Shown here in pieces: positions 11,123 to 25,051 of a DNA stretch of 64,000 bases. The DNA comes from Macrostomum hystrix (lineage: Eukaryota; Animalia; Platyhelminthes). The stretch covers positions 1,178,001 through 1,242,000 of the forward strand of contig CATNEN010000032.1 in the NCBI GenBank assembly GCA_950097015.1. Reading direction: 5' to 3'. The notes under the pieces are model-generated. The model was not told the origin of the DNA, did not search any database, and saw only the letters and a list, made by a program, of their open reading frames with translations. The number at the start of each line of letters is the position of its first letter. Positions within the stretch are counted from its first letter, which is position 1. The position numbers and the translations under genes were made by a program.

Positions 11123-12477
11123 CCAGAAACTTTAGTCTTCAGTTTTTTTACCAAGATTGATAGTTGGAGCATGATTAACCTGATGATAATTGATGGCCTT
11201 CATTAACTATGTTTGGTCATAACAACCTACTGAATCAAGTAGTAAAAAGCGATAGTTGGGAACGAACACCTCTTTTGTGCTCGTTGAGATAGATCACGTG
11301 CTGTTGATCTATAAGCTAAATTCAATGCAACTTTTTAAAAATAAAACGTTTCACTTCATTTCTATTTACATTTAGAAGCTCGTGTGATTTCTCCACTATA
11401 CAGAAAAAAAACAAAAACGTAAAATAGTCGTACGCTTGGAGTGTAGTTGCAAATAATAAGAAATCTGTGAGAGCAGTGAAATTATCGTTGAATGCTTGAA
11501 GCAATTCTAGAATTCTGGACTGGAAGGTATGTACTGGTACTGACTAAATTGAAAATTAAACAAACAGCTGTTAAAGCACGGCTGTAGAGAGAAGTGTAGA
11601 GAAAGTGACTCAGAATGTAATTAAACAGGAGTGAGGAAATTAACTGCTACAAAAACAGAATTCTATCAGTCTATGACACACGCAAGGGTCTATTGAGTGC
11701 GGTTTTGGTAAGGGCGAAGGAAAATTTAGAAAGTCTTCTATCTTTTTTAACCGCCGCTGCCTCAATGTACACTCAATGTACATCGGGTGCGGAGATGGGG
11801 TGGCTACCCTCTCTTGCCGAGGGCCGTCATAGCGGCCGCCCACCCCACGCCCGACCCTCCTCCCCCAGGATAGCAGCATGTGCTTTGCCGCAAACATGCG
11901 CGAGTATTTTAGTGGCTTGCTGTGGGCTGGCTCCTACTGCAACGATTGAAATCATTGTAAAGCCGACTGCTTTGGAAGGCTCAATTAAAATTTCTTCGTC
12001 AATAAGGAGCAGAGGCAGAGCAGATCAACAGTAGAAAATGGGGCTTCAATCGCCCAGTGAGTTTATGCAGTCGGTCCTACTCCACCTGGTCCTATTTGTA
12101 GTCTGCTGTTTTTTGTTCTATTTCTGGCCAACGATTTCGGCAGCTCCTAGTCGACTGACTCAATCACTGCTGCAGGACGGGCTACGTAAGACGTTGCTGA
12201 GTCCCTTGTACTTTTATTTGCACATGGCGCAGCACTTCGGCTCGCATTGTCATCACAGCAGAGCTCTGGTGATGACCGGCAACGGTCTGGAGTTGCGGGC
12301 CAAGTCTACTGCTCAGGCGACGGAAAATGATTGACGGTGTTTTGTCTGCTGCTCATGACACCTTTACCTTTTTTCCCAAATGCTAGTCTGGACTTTGTTT
12401 TCAATAATAGCATAATTTTGTAACTTCTTTCAAATGGGTGCAAAGAAGTGTGCGTACTCTTACTGTGTTTCTGCCCA

Positions 12478-14975
12478 CCATGGTCCTCTGGTGGTAGTCA
12501 CATCCCCACAATGGTCCTCTGGTGGTAGTCACATCCCCACCATGGTCCTCTGGTGGTAGTCACATACTTACAATGGTCCTCTGTTGGTAGTCACATCCTT
12601 ACAATGGTCCTCTGTTGGTAGTCACATCCTTACAATGGTCCTCTGTTGGTAGTCACATCCTTACAATGGTCCTCTGTTGGTAGTCACATCCTTACAATGG
12701 TCCTCTGTTGGTAGTCACATCCTTACAATGGTCCTCTGTTGGTAGTCACATCCTTACAATGGTCCTCTTGTGGTAGTCACATCCCCACCATGGTCCTCTG
12801 GTGGTAGTCACATCCCCACCATGGTCCTCTGGTGGTAGTCACATCCCCACAATGGTCCTCTGATGATAGTCACATCCTTACAATGGTCCTCTGGTGGTAG
12901 TCACATCCCCACAATGGTCCTCTGGTGGTAGTCACATCCTTACAATGGTCCTCTGTTGGTAGTCACATCCTTACAATGGTCCTCTGTTGGTAGTCACATC
13001 CTTACAATGGTCCTCTTGTGGTAGTCACATCCCCACCATGGTCCTCTGGTGGTAGTCACATCCCCACCATGGTCCTCTGGTGGTAGTCACATCCCCACAA
13101 TGGTCCTCTGATGATAGTCACATCCTTACAATGGTCCTCTGGTGGTAGTCACATCCCCACAATGGTCCTCTGGTGGTAGTCACATCCCCACCATGGTCCT
13201 CTGGTAGTTGTCACATCCTTACAATGGTCCTCTGGTGGTAGTCACATCCCCACAATGGTCCTCTGGTGGTAGTCACATCCCCACCATGGTCCTCTGATGG
13301 TAGTCACATCCCCACCATGGTCCTCTGGTGGTAGTCACATCCCCACAATGGTCCTCTGGTGGTAGTCACATCCCACAATGGTCCTCTGGTGGTAGTCACA
13401 TCCCCACAATGGTCCTCTGGTGGTAGTCACATCCCCACCATGGTCCTCTGGTGGTAGTCACATCCCCACCATGGTCCTCTGGTAGTTGTCACATCCCCAC
13501 CATGGTCCTCTGGTAGTTGTCACATCCCCACCATGGTCCTCTGGTAGTTGTCACATCCCCACCATGGTCCTCTGGTAGTTGTCACATCCCCACCATGGTC
13601 CTCTGGTAGTTGTCACATCCCCACCATGGTCCTCTGGTAGTTGTCACATCTCCACCATGGTCCTCTGGTAGTTGTCACATCCCCACCATGGTCCTCTGGT
13701 GGTTGTCACATCCCCACCATGGTCCTCTGATGATAGTCACATCCTTACAATGGTCCTCTGATGGTAGTCACATCCCCACCATGGTCCTCTGGTAGTTGTC
13801 ACATCCCCACCATGGTCCTCTGGTGGTAGTCACATCCTTACAATGGTCCTCTGATGGTAGTCACATCCCCACCATGGTCCTCTGGTAGTTGTCACATCCC
13901 CACCATGGTCCTCTGGTGGTAGTCACATCCCCACAATGGTCCTCTGATGGTAGTCACATCCCCACCATGGTCCTCTGGTGGTAGTCACATCCCCACAATG
14001 GTCCTCTGATGGTAGTCACATCCCCACCATGGTCCTCTGGTGGTAGTCACATCCTTACAATGGTCCTCTGGTGGTAGTCACATCCCCAAAATGGTCCTCT
14101 GATGGTAGTCACATCCCCACCATGGTCCTCTGATGATAGTAACATCCTTACAATGGTCCTCTGGTGGTAGTCACATCCCCACAATGGTCCTCTGGTGGTA
14201 GTCACATCCCCACCATGGTCCTCTGATGGTAGTCACATCCCCACCATGGTCCTCTGGTGGTAGTCACATCCCCACAATGGTCCTCTGGTGGTAGTCACAT
14301 CCCCACAATGGTCCTCTGGTGGTAGTCACATCCCCACCATGGTCCTCTGGTAGTTGTCACATCTCCACCATGGTCCTCTGGTAGTTGTCACATCTCCACC
14401 ATGGTCCTCTGGTAGTTGTCACATCCCCACCATGGTCCTCTGGTAGTTGTCACATCCCCACCATGGTCCTCTGGTAGTTGTCACATCTCCACCATGGTCC
14501 TCTGGTAGTTGTCACATCCCCACCATGGTCCTCTGATGATAGTCACATCCTTACAATGGTCCTCTGGTAGTTGTCACATCCCCACCATGGTCCTCTGGTA
14601 GTTGTCACATCTCCACCATGGTCCTCTGGTAGTTGTCATATCTCCACCATGGTCCTCTGGTAGTTGTCACATCCCCACCATGGTCCTCTGGTAGTTGTCA
14701 CATCCCCACCATGGTCCTCTGGTAGTTGTCACATCTCCACCATGGTCCTCTGGTAGTTGTCACATCCCCACCATGGTCCTCTGGTAGTTGTCATATCTCC
14801 ACCATGGTCCTCTGGTAGTTGTCACATCCCCACCATGGTCCTCTGGTAGTTGTCACATCCCCACCATGGTCCTCTGGTAGTTGTCACATCCCCACCATGG
14901 TCCTCTGGTGGTTGTCACATCCCCACCATGGTCCTCTGGTGGTTGTCACATCTCCACCATGGTCCTCTGGTGGTC
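12478..14975. repeat. 31-bp minisatellite (ATGGTCCTCTGGTGGTAGTCACATCCCCACC), about 80 copies
   Basis: Tandem array with variant units. Confidence 0.97.
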
Positions 14976-16169
14976 CCGCAAAACACTCTTCATGGTGTTC
15001 TGAAGTTCCTCACATTCCCTTCATGGTCCTCTGGTGGTCTCTTATATTTTTGTTTGATTTCCCGTTGGCTTGAATAACCCGTAGATGTGAGAATTCTTTA
15101 CACCTTCCTAGCTTTCCGTTTTCACATTGTGCATGTCTTGATGACATAGTGTAAGGTATAGTCACAGGACTTACAACCGACACAAAAAACTGCACTTTAT
15201 ATATCGCACACAAAATTACTGGCTGTCACAGCTTTTTATTTGTCTTGGTGTTTCGTCATATCGCGAGCTTTCATTGTTCATAAATTATGAATGGTCACGA
15301 TTTCATACTTGCACACATTTACATAGTAAAGTCGCACTTACTGTTTTCATCAAGTTTCAATATAAATTTCCTTCCTAATTGTAATTTTAACACGGCCATG
15401 GCAATACATTGAACTGGACCTCACTGCACCAAAAATATTTTGCAATAGGTCGCTCTCCAAAACATTTTTCGCTCTGAATTTTATTTGCCTCTGTCTTCCT
15501 TATCGATCGCCGCAACTTCAGTACGAGATCCTATGTCCGACGTCCGACTGAAATGTACTCAGCCTCTGTACTTTATCGGCGCGGGATAAATCTTGCATCT
15601 CGTCCCATATTCCTTCCCCGGCCCAAATCGCTAATCCCTTTCCTTATTCACTGGGCTTGGCGTCAAAGGGAACTGCTGTTCCTCAGTTCAGGGCAGTACC
15701 CGGCGTACGGCGTATAGAGTGTACACAGCTTGTGTACGTACACGCACAAGTTGGGGGTTGGGGTCGAATTTGGGCATGAGCCTATGCAGAAAGCCTCCAA
15801 TTTAGTACATTTTCTTCCCCGTTTCACCCCCTCTCTCTCTTTCTAGATATTTTTCCCTTTATGACAGTCGGGGAAATATTATGCATTATGACATAGATTA
15901 ATAGGAGTGTATAGTGTAATATTGTAATAAGCCTGTGCTGCTAACCAGACAAAGGAGACAAGGAAGAGACAAAGGTCAACAATTTGGTCTTATTGAATCG
16001 GTAAGTGATTTCTTTAAAAATGGATTCGATAAAATACTTTAACTACCCTCAGAAAAGAATATCATTTACAAGGTAGTATCTTGACTAGACTTAAGTTAGT
16101 GACTTGACTTAAAGTCAAGTTAAGTCAGGTCATGGTAATATTCTCCAAGTTTAATTACGAGGAAGAAGC

Positions 16170-16410
16170 AGACAACCAACAGATACAAGGAACTAACTAC
16201 CAACAGATACGAGTACAAAGAACTAGCTACCAACAGATACAAGGAGCTAACTACCAACAGATACAAAGAACTAGCTACCAACAGATACAAGGAGCTAACT
16301 ACCAACAGATACAAAGAACTAGCTACCAACAGATACAAGGAGCTAACTACCAACAGATACAAAGAACTAGCTACCAACAGATACAAGGAGCTAACTACCA
16401 ACAGATACAA
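16170..16410. repeat. Alternating 21/24-bp units (45-bp period) on a CTACCAACAGATACAA core
   Basis: Direct reading; immediately upstream of the TRP channel start. Confidence 0.9.
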
Positions 16411-16580
16411 TCAATAAACTAACACCAGATACAATAAATAGACTACCACCAGACGCAAGTAAACAACAACCAACAGACCCAGGGAAATGACAACCAGCAG
16501 ACCCAGGATTGAAACAATGACCCCCAATTATCCTTTTCTGTCGTCGCCTTCGTCCCCCAGACTTATCAGAGAGTCCTGCC

Positions 16581-19500
16581 ATGTCCTTGGTATTCAGCGA
16601 AGATCTGCTCGCCGCCGTGAGGACTGACAATGTCGATCGAGTCGCTGAACTCGTCGGCGACGGCTACTCCAACGAGCAACGCATCGACCTGCTGCAAACG
16701 GCCGCGCAGTCTTCGGCCTCTTGCGTTGCTCGACTTCTTCTCGAAGACGAGCTGAAGCGGGAGTCGAACGAGATCCTACAGTCGCTGTCGCCGCTTTTCG
16801 GTCGCTACCCCAAGCTGGCAGACTGGACTCTGATGGCTGCCGCAGCCAGCGGGCAACTGGACTGTCTGGAGCGCCTTCTCGAGGCGGACTTGCGACAGTC
16901 GGCAGAGTCCTCGAGCCTATGGCGCCAGATATCTGTCTGCCTGGCCGAGAGACACCCCTGCGAGCTGCTCCAGGCTGTGGCCTCCGGCCAGTGTCCTCTG
17001 CTGTTGGAGCGCTTGCAGCCTGACGCAATTGACTCCGCAGCGACAGCTTCTGTCCGGAGCGTCTCTGCAGCCGAAAATAAGGAATTGGAATCGACTGTGT
17101 CCGATCTTCTGCCGCTTCGGTTTCGATCGAAGGCACTCGCACCCAACTTGACAGAGGCCGACCGGACGAGCTTGGCCAAGGCAGCCGTGGCCACTGGCAG
17201 CGCGAAGCTCGTCCGCTGTCTGCTGAGCCTCGGCCGGATCCGGCCAGATGACCTCGAGGCGCCAGACGTGCCACCGCCAGCTGAACTAGTTTTTTCCGGC
17301 CATCTGGACTTGGCTCGCGAGCTGCTGCTCGTGCGCAGACGGGACATTTTGCACTGCTGTCTGGACCTCAGAAAGGCCTGCATTCGACAGCTGAAACGGC
17401 TGCCGCCGGCTCACTGCCAGCTGCTGTCGTCTTCCTCCTCGCCACGGACCTCGACTCCCGCAATGTCACCCGATAGTCTTCGTCAGATGTCCGAATTCGC
17501 CGAGCTGGTCTGCCTGAACGCCGTCGACTTGACCTACGCCGCCTGCCCGCCGGCCTGCCAGCCGCTGGTACATCACCACCTCCTGCGACCGCCTCCGTCC
17601 GGTGTAGGAGCCAGCATAGCCGATAAGGCCCCGCGAAGTCTCTTCGCCACTCGCTGCTTCGTTGACATGATTGACCGCCGGTGGCGTGGCGGGTCGTACC
17701 CGAACGGTGTCGGACGGCGCCGCTTCCCAAATCTGGCCACGCCGAGCGAGAAGTTCATGCTGCACACGGTCGCCTTCCTGCTGTTCATGGCCTTCCACGC
17801 CTTCTACATCATCAGCCTGGACTCGAAGTGGCGCTGGTCGGACTCGGCCATGTCTGTCTACTTCATCAGCTACTGCCTGCAGGAGATTCACGAGCTCATT
17901 AGGACCTGCCGGCTCTACTTGACCATTTGGAACCTCATCGACCTGCTGCAGCTGCTGTTCCTGCTGCTGGGAATTGCCTTCAAAGCGTCGGTGTCAACCG
18001 GCTGGGCTCAGGCCAAGCTGGTCTATGAGACTCGCCTCATGCTGGGTGTGTCATTCATGCTCTGCGGCCTGAAGTTTGTAATGCTGCTGAGGGCCAACAA
18101 AAAGTTTGGTCCCTTCATCAACATGATGAAGGCGCTGTTCTGGGCCGACCTGCTGCCCTTCCTGGCGGCCATGTTCCTCTTTTTGGTGGCCTGCAGCGGA
18201 ATCTTCTTTCACGCCCTGCTCACACCGGGCAATCAGGTAAGGAAATTCTTTGAGCACACTCGATGGAACTCCCGACCACTCGGGCAATAAGCTCATTTGT
18301 GCAGAAACTTAACACGTGTATGCAAGACTGTCGTAGCTTTATCATCATCCGAATCTCTTGTTTGAACAACAAGAAACCTCGCATGGCCTCGCCCCAATTC
18401 GAACTCAGGAGCAACCCAGAAGAGTGCTTCGACGTTAAAATGATTCTTTAAAAGTGGAAAGACCAGGGTCTATTTCAAATACCCACATTTTTTCTGCATC
18501 TCCTAAATTATTCAACCAATCGCCATGAAAATCCAGAACACGGGCTAAAATTTTCCGCTCAATCCGATTCAAAAAACTTCCAGAATGACCAATCACTAGC
18601 ATCGTCGAGATATTCAACGATTCTCGTCGGGGCGTCTAGTGTCAAGAACCACAAATATAGGCGTATTTTTTGTTCACAAAATTTCATCATGCAATCATGT
18701 CGGTTATTATTTCAACTATTTATCTTGCTTGCTATGGATTCGCTATAGAAGTTTATAACAGAGCAATGTTAGCTGTCCTTGTCACCAAGGGTCTCCGACA
18801 GGAATTGCTGAATATCTCGACGATGCTGTCTCGGGCGGCTTTGAAAGCTAGTTCATCGTAAAGGGTGGAAAATTTTGATTCAGAAGCAGGGTATTTGAAA
18901 TACCCACGTTGTCGTTCCCCACTGAAAAATAGCGTGGTGTATGTAGTGTTAAGGAAAAGGCCAAAATCCCGCGCCAGGTGTACACGGCATCCGGTGAACT
19001 GCTGCACGGCAACCAGACCCAACTCTACTTGGACATCTACCTCCGCCCGCTGCTTCTGGCCTTCGGAGAGCTTCGCTACGACAGTCTGGCCGGCTGCCTG
19101 GCTGGCGAGGACGCCTCCCAGGGCTGCCCGCACCCGGCCGGCCTGCGAGCCTACACCGGCGGCCTCATGCATGTCTACCTGATCGTGGTTAACCTGCTGC
19201 TCATCAACCTGCTCATCGCCAAGTTCAGCCTGACCGTCTCTGTCAAGGACTCTCGCGGCTTCGTCATCTGGCGTCGCTACTGCTACCAACTGCTGCGGGA
19301 GTACGAAGCCATCAACACCCTGCCGCCTCCTGTTAACACGCTCGGCATCATCTTCGACTGGATCTACATCCGAAATGGCGAATGTGTTAGCAATGTCGGT
19401 AACTGCTCGACAGCTCGAGTGGTCGACGACGAAGAAGAAGATGAAGACGACGATGGCGGCGTCGGTGGCGGCGGCGGAGTTGTCCTTCGCAACACGACAA

Positions 19501-19697
19501 GCGTCACAGCTGGCATGGATGAGACGCCAGCCATTGACGCCGCAGCTGCCGCGGACGACGGTACTGACAATCGACGATGTCGCCCTAATCCGGCCGACGC
19601 TGCATTTGCGCTGATCCAGTCGGTGGCATTGTGCAGCAATAGAAGCGAGGCGCTGTGCCGCGAGCGAGCCGCCGATTCCTGCGAAAAGAACCACTGA
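16581..19697 (+). CDS. TRPM-like cation channel, 2 exons (16581-18236, 18978-19697), about 791 aa
   Basis: Pre-S1 LFATRCFVDMIDRRWRG, S1 TPSEKFMLHTVAFLLF, S4-S5 KKFGPFINMMKALF, pore LRPLLLAFGEL, S6 VNLLLINLLIAKF and TRP domain IWRRYCYQLLREYE...LPPPVN. Phase-0 intron CAG|GTAAGG...CCAG|GTG joins the two ORFs. Confidence 0.88.
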
Positions 19698-20329
19698 TTC
19701 GCTGGGGCTGCAGCTTGCTGATTATTGTTTGCTTGATACTACTATGAAACAACATTGAGTAGTCTCTTGAGGATTAAAATTTTAGACTTTTGTTTTTGCA
19801 AAATCAAATTTTAGCCCATTTGGTTTGCCTAGGACCGTTGAATTAAGCTATGAGCTATGCGAAACTTTATCTAATGCCTATTTGCTGCTGTAGCAGTTAA
19901 TTACATTATTGACCTCTAGTGACGCATCCTTTGCGTATAACCGGATGCATTGTTTCCTAGTCCTAGTCAACACTGATAAGACCTTTGCTGTGCTTTTCAA
20001 CCTATTTATTATAACTTACAGACCTTTTTTACAGTCAAAACATTTTTTCGCTTCATACCGGATGACACCGGTTGTTACTTTTCTCGCATGTCAGTCATTT
20101 TATTTTATTTTATTTAGTTGATGAATCCTACTTTTAACTAATTGTTAGACCAATGGATTGCAAAATTTTTCCTGTGCTTAAAACGTATTTAAAATTTCGC
20201 TTATTCCAGACATTATTTCCTGTCTTAGCGGAGCACCTCCGTTTAACGAGAAAAATTATAATCGATCGAATATTCTTAACTATTAAAAAATTAGTAATTA
20301 GTAATTCTGAATTAATACATTCTATAAAT

Positions 20330-21027
20330 TCTCAGTTCTCTGAATTCTCAGTCATCTGAATTCTCAGTCCTCTGAATTCTCAGTCCTCTGAATTCTCAGT
20401 CCTCTGAATTCTCAGTCCTCTGAATTCTCAGTCCTCTGAATTCTCAGTCATCTGAATTCTCAGTCATCTGAATTCTCAGTCCTCTGAATTCTCAGTCCTC
20501 TGAATTCTCAGTCATCTGAATTCTCAGTCCTCTGAATTCTCAGTCATCTGAATTCTCAGTCCTCTGTATTCTCAGTCCTCTGAATTCTCAGTCATCTGAA
20601 TTCTCAGTCCTCTGTATTCTCAGTCCTCTGAATTCTCAGTCCTCTGAATTCTCAGTCCTCTGAATTCTCAGTCCTCTGTATTCTCAGTCCTCTGTATTCT
20701 CAGTCATCTGTATTCTCAGTTCTCTGAATTCTCAGTCCTCTGAATTCTCAGTCCTCTGAATTCTCAGTCCTCTGAATTCTCAGTCCTCTGTATTCTCAGT
20801 CATCTGAATTCTCAGTCCTCTGTATTCTCAGTCATCTGAATTCTCAGTCCTCTGAATTCTCAGTCCTCTGAATTCTCAGACCTCTGAATTCTCAGTCCTC
20901 TGTATTCTCAGTCATCTGAATTCTCAGTCATCTGAATTCTCAGTCCTCTGAATTCTCAGTCCTCTGAATTCTCAGTCCTCTGAATTCTCAGTCCTCTGAA
21001 TTCTCAGTCCTCTGAATTCTCAGTTCA
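20330..21027. repeat. 16-bp minisatellite (GAATTCTCAGTCCTCT)
   Basis: Tandem array, about 43 copies. Confidence 0.95.
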
Positions 21028-21123
21028 TAGCTACATGGGTATTTTCGCATCTAATGGCTTATTTAACACTATCAAAAGTTAGTAGCGGAAAGGATCTAGA
21101 TAGGTATCACGTACTCGTAGTTT

Positions 21124-21560
21124 ATTGTCAGTTTAGTAGTTTAGTGTCAGTTTAGTAGTTTAGTGTCAGTTTAGTAGTTTAGTGTCAGTTTAGTGTCAAT
21201 TTTTTAGTTTAGTGTCAGTTTAGTAGTTTAGTGTCAGTTTAGTAGTTTAGTGTCAGTTTAGTAGTTTAGTGTCAGTTTAGTAGTTTAGTGTCAGTTTAGT
21301 AGTTTAGTGTCAGTTTAGTAGTTTAGTGTCAGTTTTGTAGTTTAGTGTCAGTTTTGTAGTTTAGTGTCAGTTTAGTAGTTTAGTGTCAGTTTAGTAGTTT
21401 AGTGTCAGTTTAGTAGTTTAGTGTCAGTTTAGTAGTTTAGTGTCAGTTTAGTAGTTTAGTGTCAGTTTAGTAGTTTAGTGTCAGTTTAGTAGTTTAGTGT
21501 CAGTTTAGTAGTTTAGTGTCAGTTTAGTAGTTTAGTGTCAGTTTAGTAGTTTAGTTTAGT
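21124..21560. repeat. 19-bp minisatellite (GTTTAGTAGTTTAGTGTCA)
   Basis: Tandem array, about 22 copies. Confidence 0.95.
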
Positions 21561-21854
21561 ATTATTTATTACTGGTCCGACTTAACATGGTACTTTATTG
21601 AGACATTATGAACAATATACGAGTACATCATTTGCAGAGCAGTTTTATATATTTGATAATTTCGGTTTTAGTTTAGTTTAGTTTTAGGTAGGTATAAAGA
21701 ACGATTCTTAAAATAGATTTACATAACATTTGAAGTCTAAATTTATGGTCGAATAGCAAAAAGGCTATATCACTTAGGGCGTATTCAAAGTTGCTTCTGG
21801 TCAGCATGTTTCCTCAATCATCTCTATAGTTGTTGTTTTTTTAGTTTAGTAAAT

Positions 21855-24027
21855 CTAAGACGAAGTGCGCTCCTTCACAGTGAACTTGGCTGTGTACTCA
21901 GAATATTCTGGATATTTCTCCTCGTCGCGACGCGTGGCGGCGAGGGCACCGGCGTCGCCGGAAATCTGCTCATACTCAGCCAGAGTCTTGGGCCGGATGT
22001 TCTGCAGAATGCGCCGCTCGTTAAGCCTGTGGCTAGATCCGAACCAGGTATTGGACTCTGCGAGTGTGAGACGGGTCGCTCATTGCTTACTATTGGACCA
22101 GCAGGTGAGGTGTCTGGGTCTCACAGGTGTGAGGGATCTGTGTCTAACAGGTGTAGATATCTGTCGAACACTCTGACAGGTGTAGATATCTGTGTCGAAC
22201 ACTCTGACAGGTGTGAGGGATCTGTGTCTAGCAGGTGTAGATATCTGTGTTGAACACTCTGACAGGTGTGAGGGATCTGTGTCTAACAGGTGAAGATATC
22301 TGTGTCGAACTCTCTGAAAGGTGTGAAATGTCTGTGTCTAACAGGTGTAGATATCTGTGTCGAACTCTCTGAAAGGTGTGAAATGTCTGTGTCTAACAGG
22401 TGTAGATATCTGTGTCGAACACTCTGACAGGTGTGAGGGATCTGTGTCTAACAGGTGTGAAAGATATGTGTCTAACAGGTGTGAGATATCTGCGTCGAAC
22501 ACTCTGACAGGTGTGAGATATCTGTGTCGAACACTCTGACAGGTGTAGATATCTGTGTCGAACACTCTGACAGGTGTGAGATATCTGTGTCGAACACTCT
22601 GACAGGTGTAGATATCTGTGTCGAGCACTCTGACAGGTGTGAGGGATCTGTGTCTAACAGATGTGAGGTGTCAGGTTCTGGATATGTGAAATATTTAACA
22701 GGCAGTACTAAAATGCTGTTATATGAAGAGTATTAACAGAAGAGGCCTACTCACGCGGATTCCTTTGAGCATAATAGCCGTCGCCAGGTCGGCCATACTT
22801 AAAGCTGATCTCGCCAGGCAGGTTGGTCGGCGGCCTGTGGTAGGTGTCCACCGGCAGGAATGCCACAGGTGACTCGCCCTCGAAGTGGCCCAGGGTTTTC
22901 TCGCCTGGGACAAGAATGAGAACAGGTGTACGGCTGTTAGCAACCATTGCTAATCTGTTTTATATTGGAATGTTTCGGCAAATTATTTTCGACCCTAAAT
23001 GACTCTAAATAGTCATTCATTAGCTTTTTTAACACACTTAACATATGATTTATCAATGGAATTGTAAGTAATGAACTTTTCACTGACCTGCGTGATTTTG
23101 TCCCCACGAGAAGTAGGCACCGGGTCTTGACGCATTGTGATCCGGCGGCAATTCCCGATCCAGCCGGTCACCAATGTAGCAGTGCGGATTAGAAGGTACC
23201 GGCTGATCCCTGAACAGGTGCTGCGACATCGAAGTGGCATACCTGTCTTTGTAGTGCCGGCCGCCCTCCCGAGGCTCCGGAAGGCAGCCAGGTTCGCGCG
23301 GCTCCTCCTTGGACTCGTGAAAAAATGCGTGCGGATTCTGTGGAGTGGGGAGCGCGTTTGTAATTAAAGTATTTTTTTTCCTAAACCAACTACTTTTAAA
23401 ACAATTAATATGGTGTATTTGTAAAATACAAACAAAATGATAAAAATCGCATGAGCATTAATTTAAGAATCACTTAAATTAAGAATTTTCGCATTCACAC
23501 ACAAAAGGCTCATGTGCTTGAGTTTAATTTTCTCAGAAACGTTGCTAAAATAAGCCTTAGGAATAAAATATTATGCTTTTAAGGAAAAATTAATTAGATA
23601 TTTAAATTCAAGCACACTATACTATATCACTTATATATGTCTTTCTGCTTGTCCTATCTAATAAACCTGTTGAGAAAAACTTCGATATTGAATTAAAATT
23701 TTTTTTGACGATAGTCCATAACTCTATTGGCCATTTTCTAATGTCTGTTATATTTTTCTTGCCATATTTCTTAAAAAAAACAAATTTCAAGTAAATCTAA
23801 AAAATAGCAGCTGTAATTTAGAAGTAAATTTATAATTTTTTACATACTCCATTCACAAAGGTGTATAAAAAGCTTTAACTTACCTTCTTGATAGACTTCT
23901 CCTGTTCACTTGTCATTTGAGAATACAATACATTTGGAGTTTTTGGCCGACCAGTGTATGGATCAGTGGATTCATCGCAGCTATATTCAATATTCTTGCT
24001 CCGTTTCAACTCTACGTTAGAAGCCAT
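21855..24027 (-). CDS. Uncharacterised 248-aa protein, 4 exons (24027-23884, 23337-23088, 22904-22755, 22057-21855)
   Basis: ATG to TAG with three GT-AG introns (phases 0, 1, 1), no internal stops, 747 nt. MASNVELKRS...KSIKK|NPHAFFHESKEEP...NHAG|EKTLGHFEGESP...GDGYYAQRNPQ|SNTWFGSSHRLNERRILQNIRPK...SEYTAKFTVKERTSS. Confidence 0.8.
22105..22680. repeat. Composite minisatellite (ACAGGTGT-cored units) in the last intron of the 248-aa gene
   Basis: Mixed units such as TGTGTCGAACACTCTGACAGGTGTAGATATC and TGTGTCTAACAGGTGTGAGGGATC. Confidence 0.85.
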
Positions 24028-25051
24028 GGTACTAGTATTTATACGCAACAAATAAATACCAAAAATTCAAGTCCTTCTTAATATATATATACCGTAACTT
24101 TAAAGATATGAAAACTCACATATTAAACAGTGTCTTGGTGTATCTAGCGACACATAATGTCAACAAATATAATGAGTTTTAAATTTTTTATAGATATAAT
24201 AAAGACAAATATATTACCAAAATGCTAAAAATATTACTTTGCGCTACATTTTATTAAACTATTTGTTATAATATATTCCAGTTTCTTACGTTATAACTTC
24301 TAAGATAGCCTTGTTAAAAAGCTGTTTATATTCGGAAAGCTTTTTCTGTAAGCATATCAAGATGTTATCAAGATATTTTGATAATAGTCTACCCCAAGAG
24401 GAATTTTACATGCTTATGCTTATGCTTACGTGCTTATTAAATATTTTTTAAGAATGTGTATAATTGTTTTTTTCTTTATTTTATCTTGACTAAAGAAATT
24501 CGGATCGAAGAATTCCGTAAAACTCGGTATTTGAACAACTAAAAAATAGGCACATACTCAAATCTAAAACTGCAGCTGTCAAACATAGCACACCTGGTTA
24601 AAAAGAACACAGAAAAATTCCATAAAACCAACAAGTCGCAAAGCTTCTTCGTTTTAAAGCGTACGACGAGCGTACTTTGATTTTCCCGACCAATCGAGAG
24701 CAGCGTCCTTCTAGTTCTAGAATTCCTTGCTCCAAACAGGGAAAAAATTATTAACGTAATTTGAAAAACTGACTCAGACTTATGAAACTTACATGCTCAC
24801 TTACATGCAATAACGCAATAAAAGAAAACAATTGGTGATTTATCTCAACATGTCGGTGAAAAATCTGAGCTTCCAAACTTAAAATTTAAATGTCTAGTTC
24901 ATTAGCACAACCAACACCACTTAAATAAATCGGGCAAAATTATTACTATGGTAAAAACCAAATCCCACAAAAAAAGAAAGAAGTTTGACATGTACTTTTA
25001 GAGTGCATGGCGCTTAATTAATTTGCGCCAGTTGCAAACATCTCCCATCAT

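Noticed and set aside
8218-14975. CRISPR-like arrays (about 30-bp repeats)
   Set aside because: Head-to-tail repeats without unique spacers, no cas genes, eukaryotic context.
18237-18290. ORF-track C-terminus VRKFFEHTRWNSRPLGQ of the channel
   Set aside because: Read-through into the intron (GTAAGG donor at 18237); pore and S6 follow at 18978.
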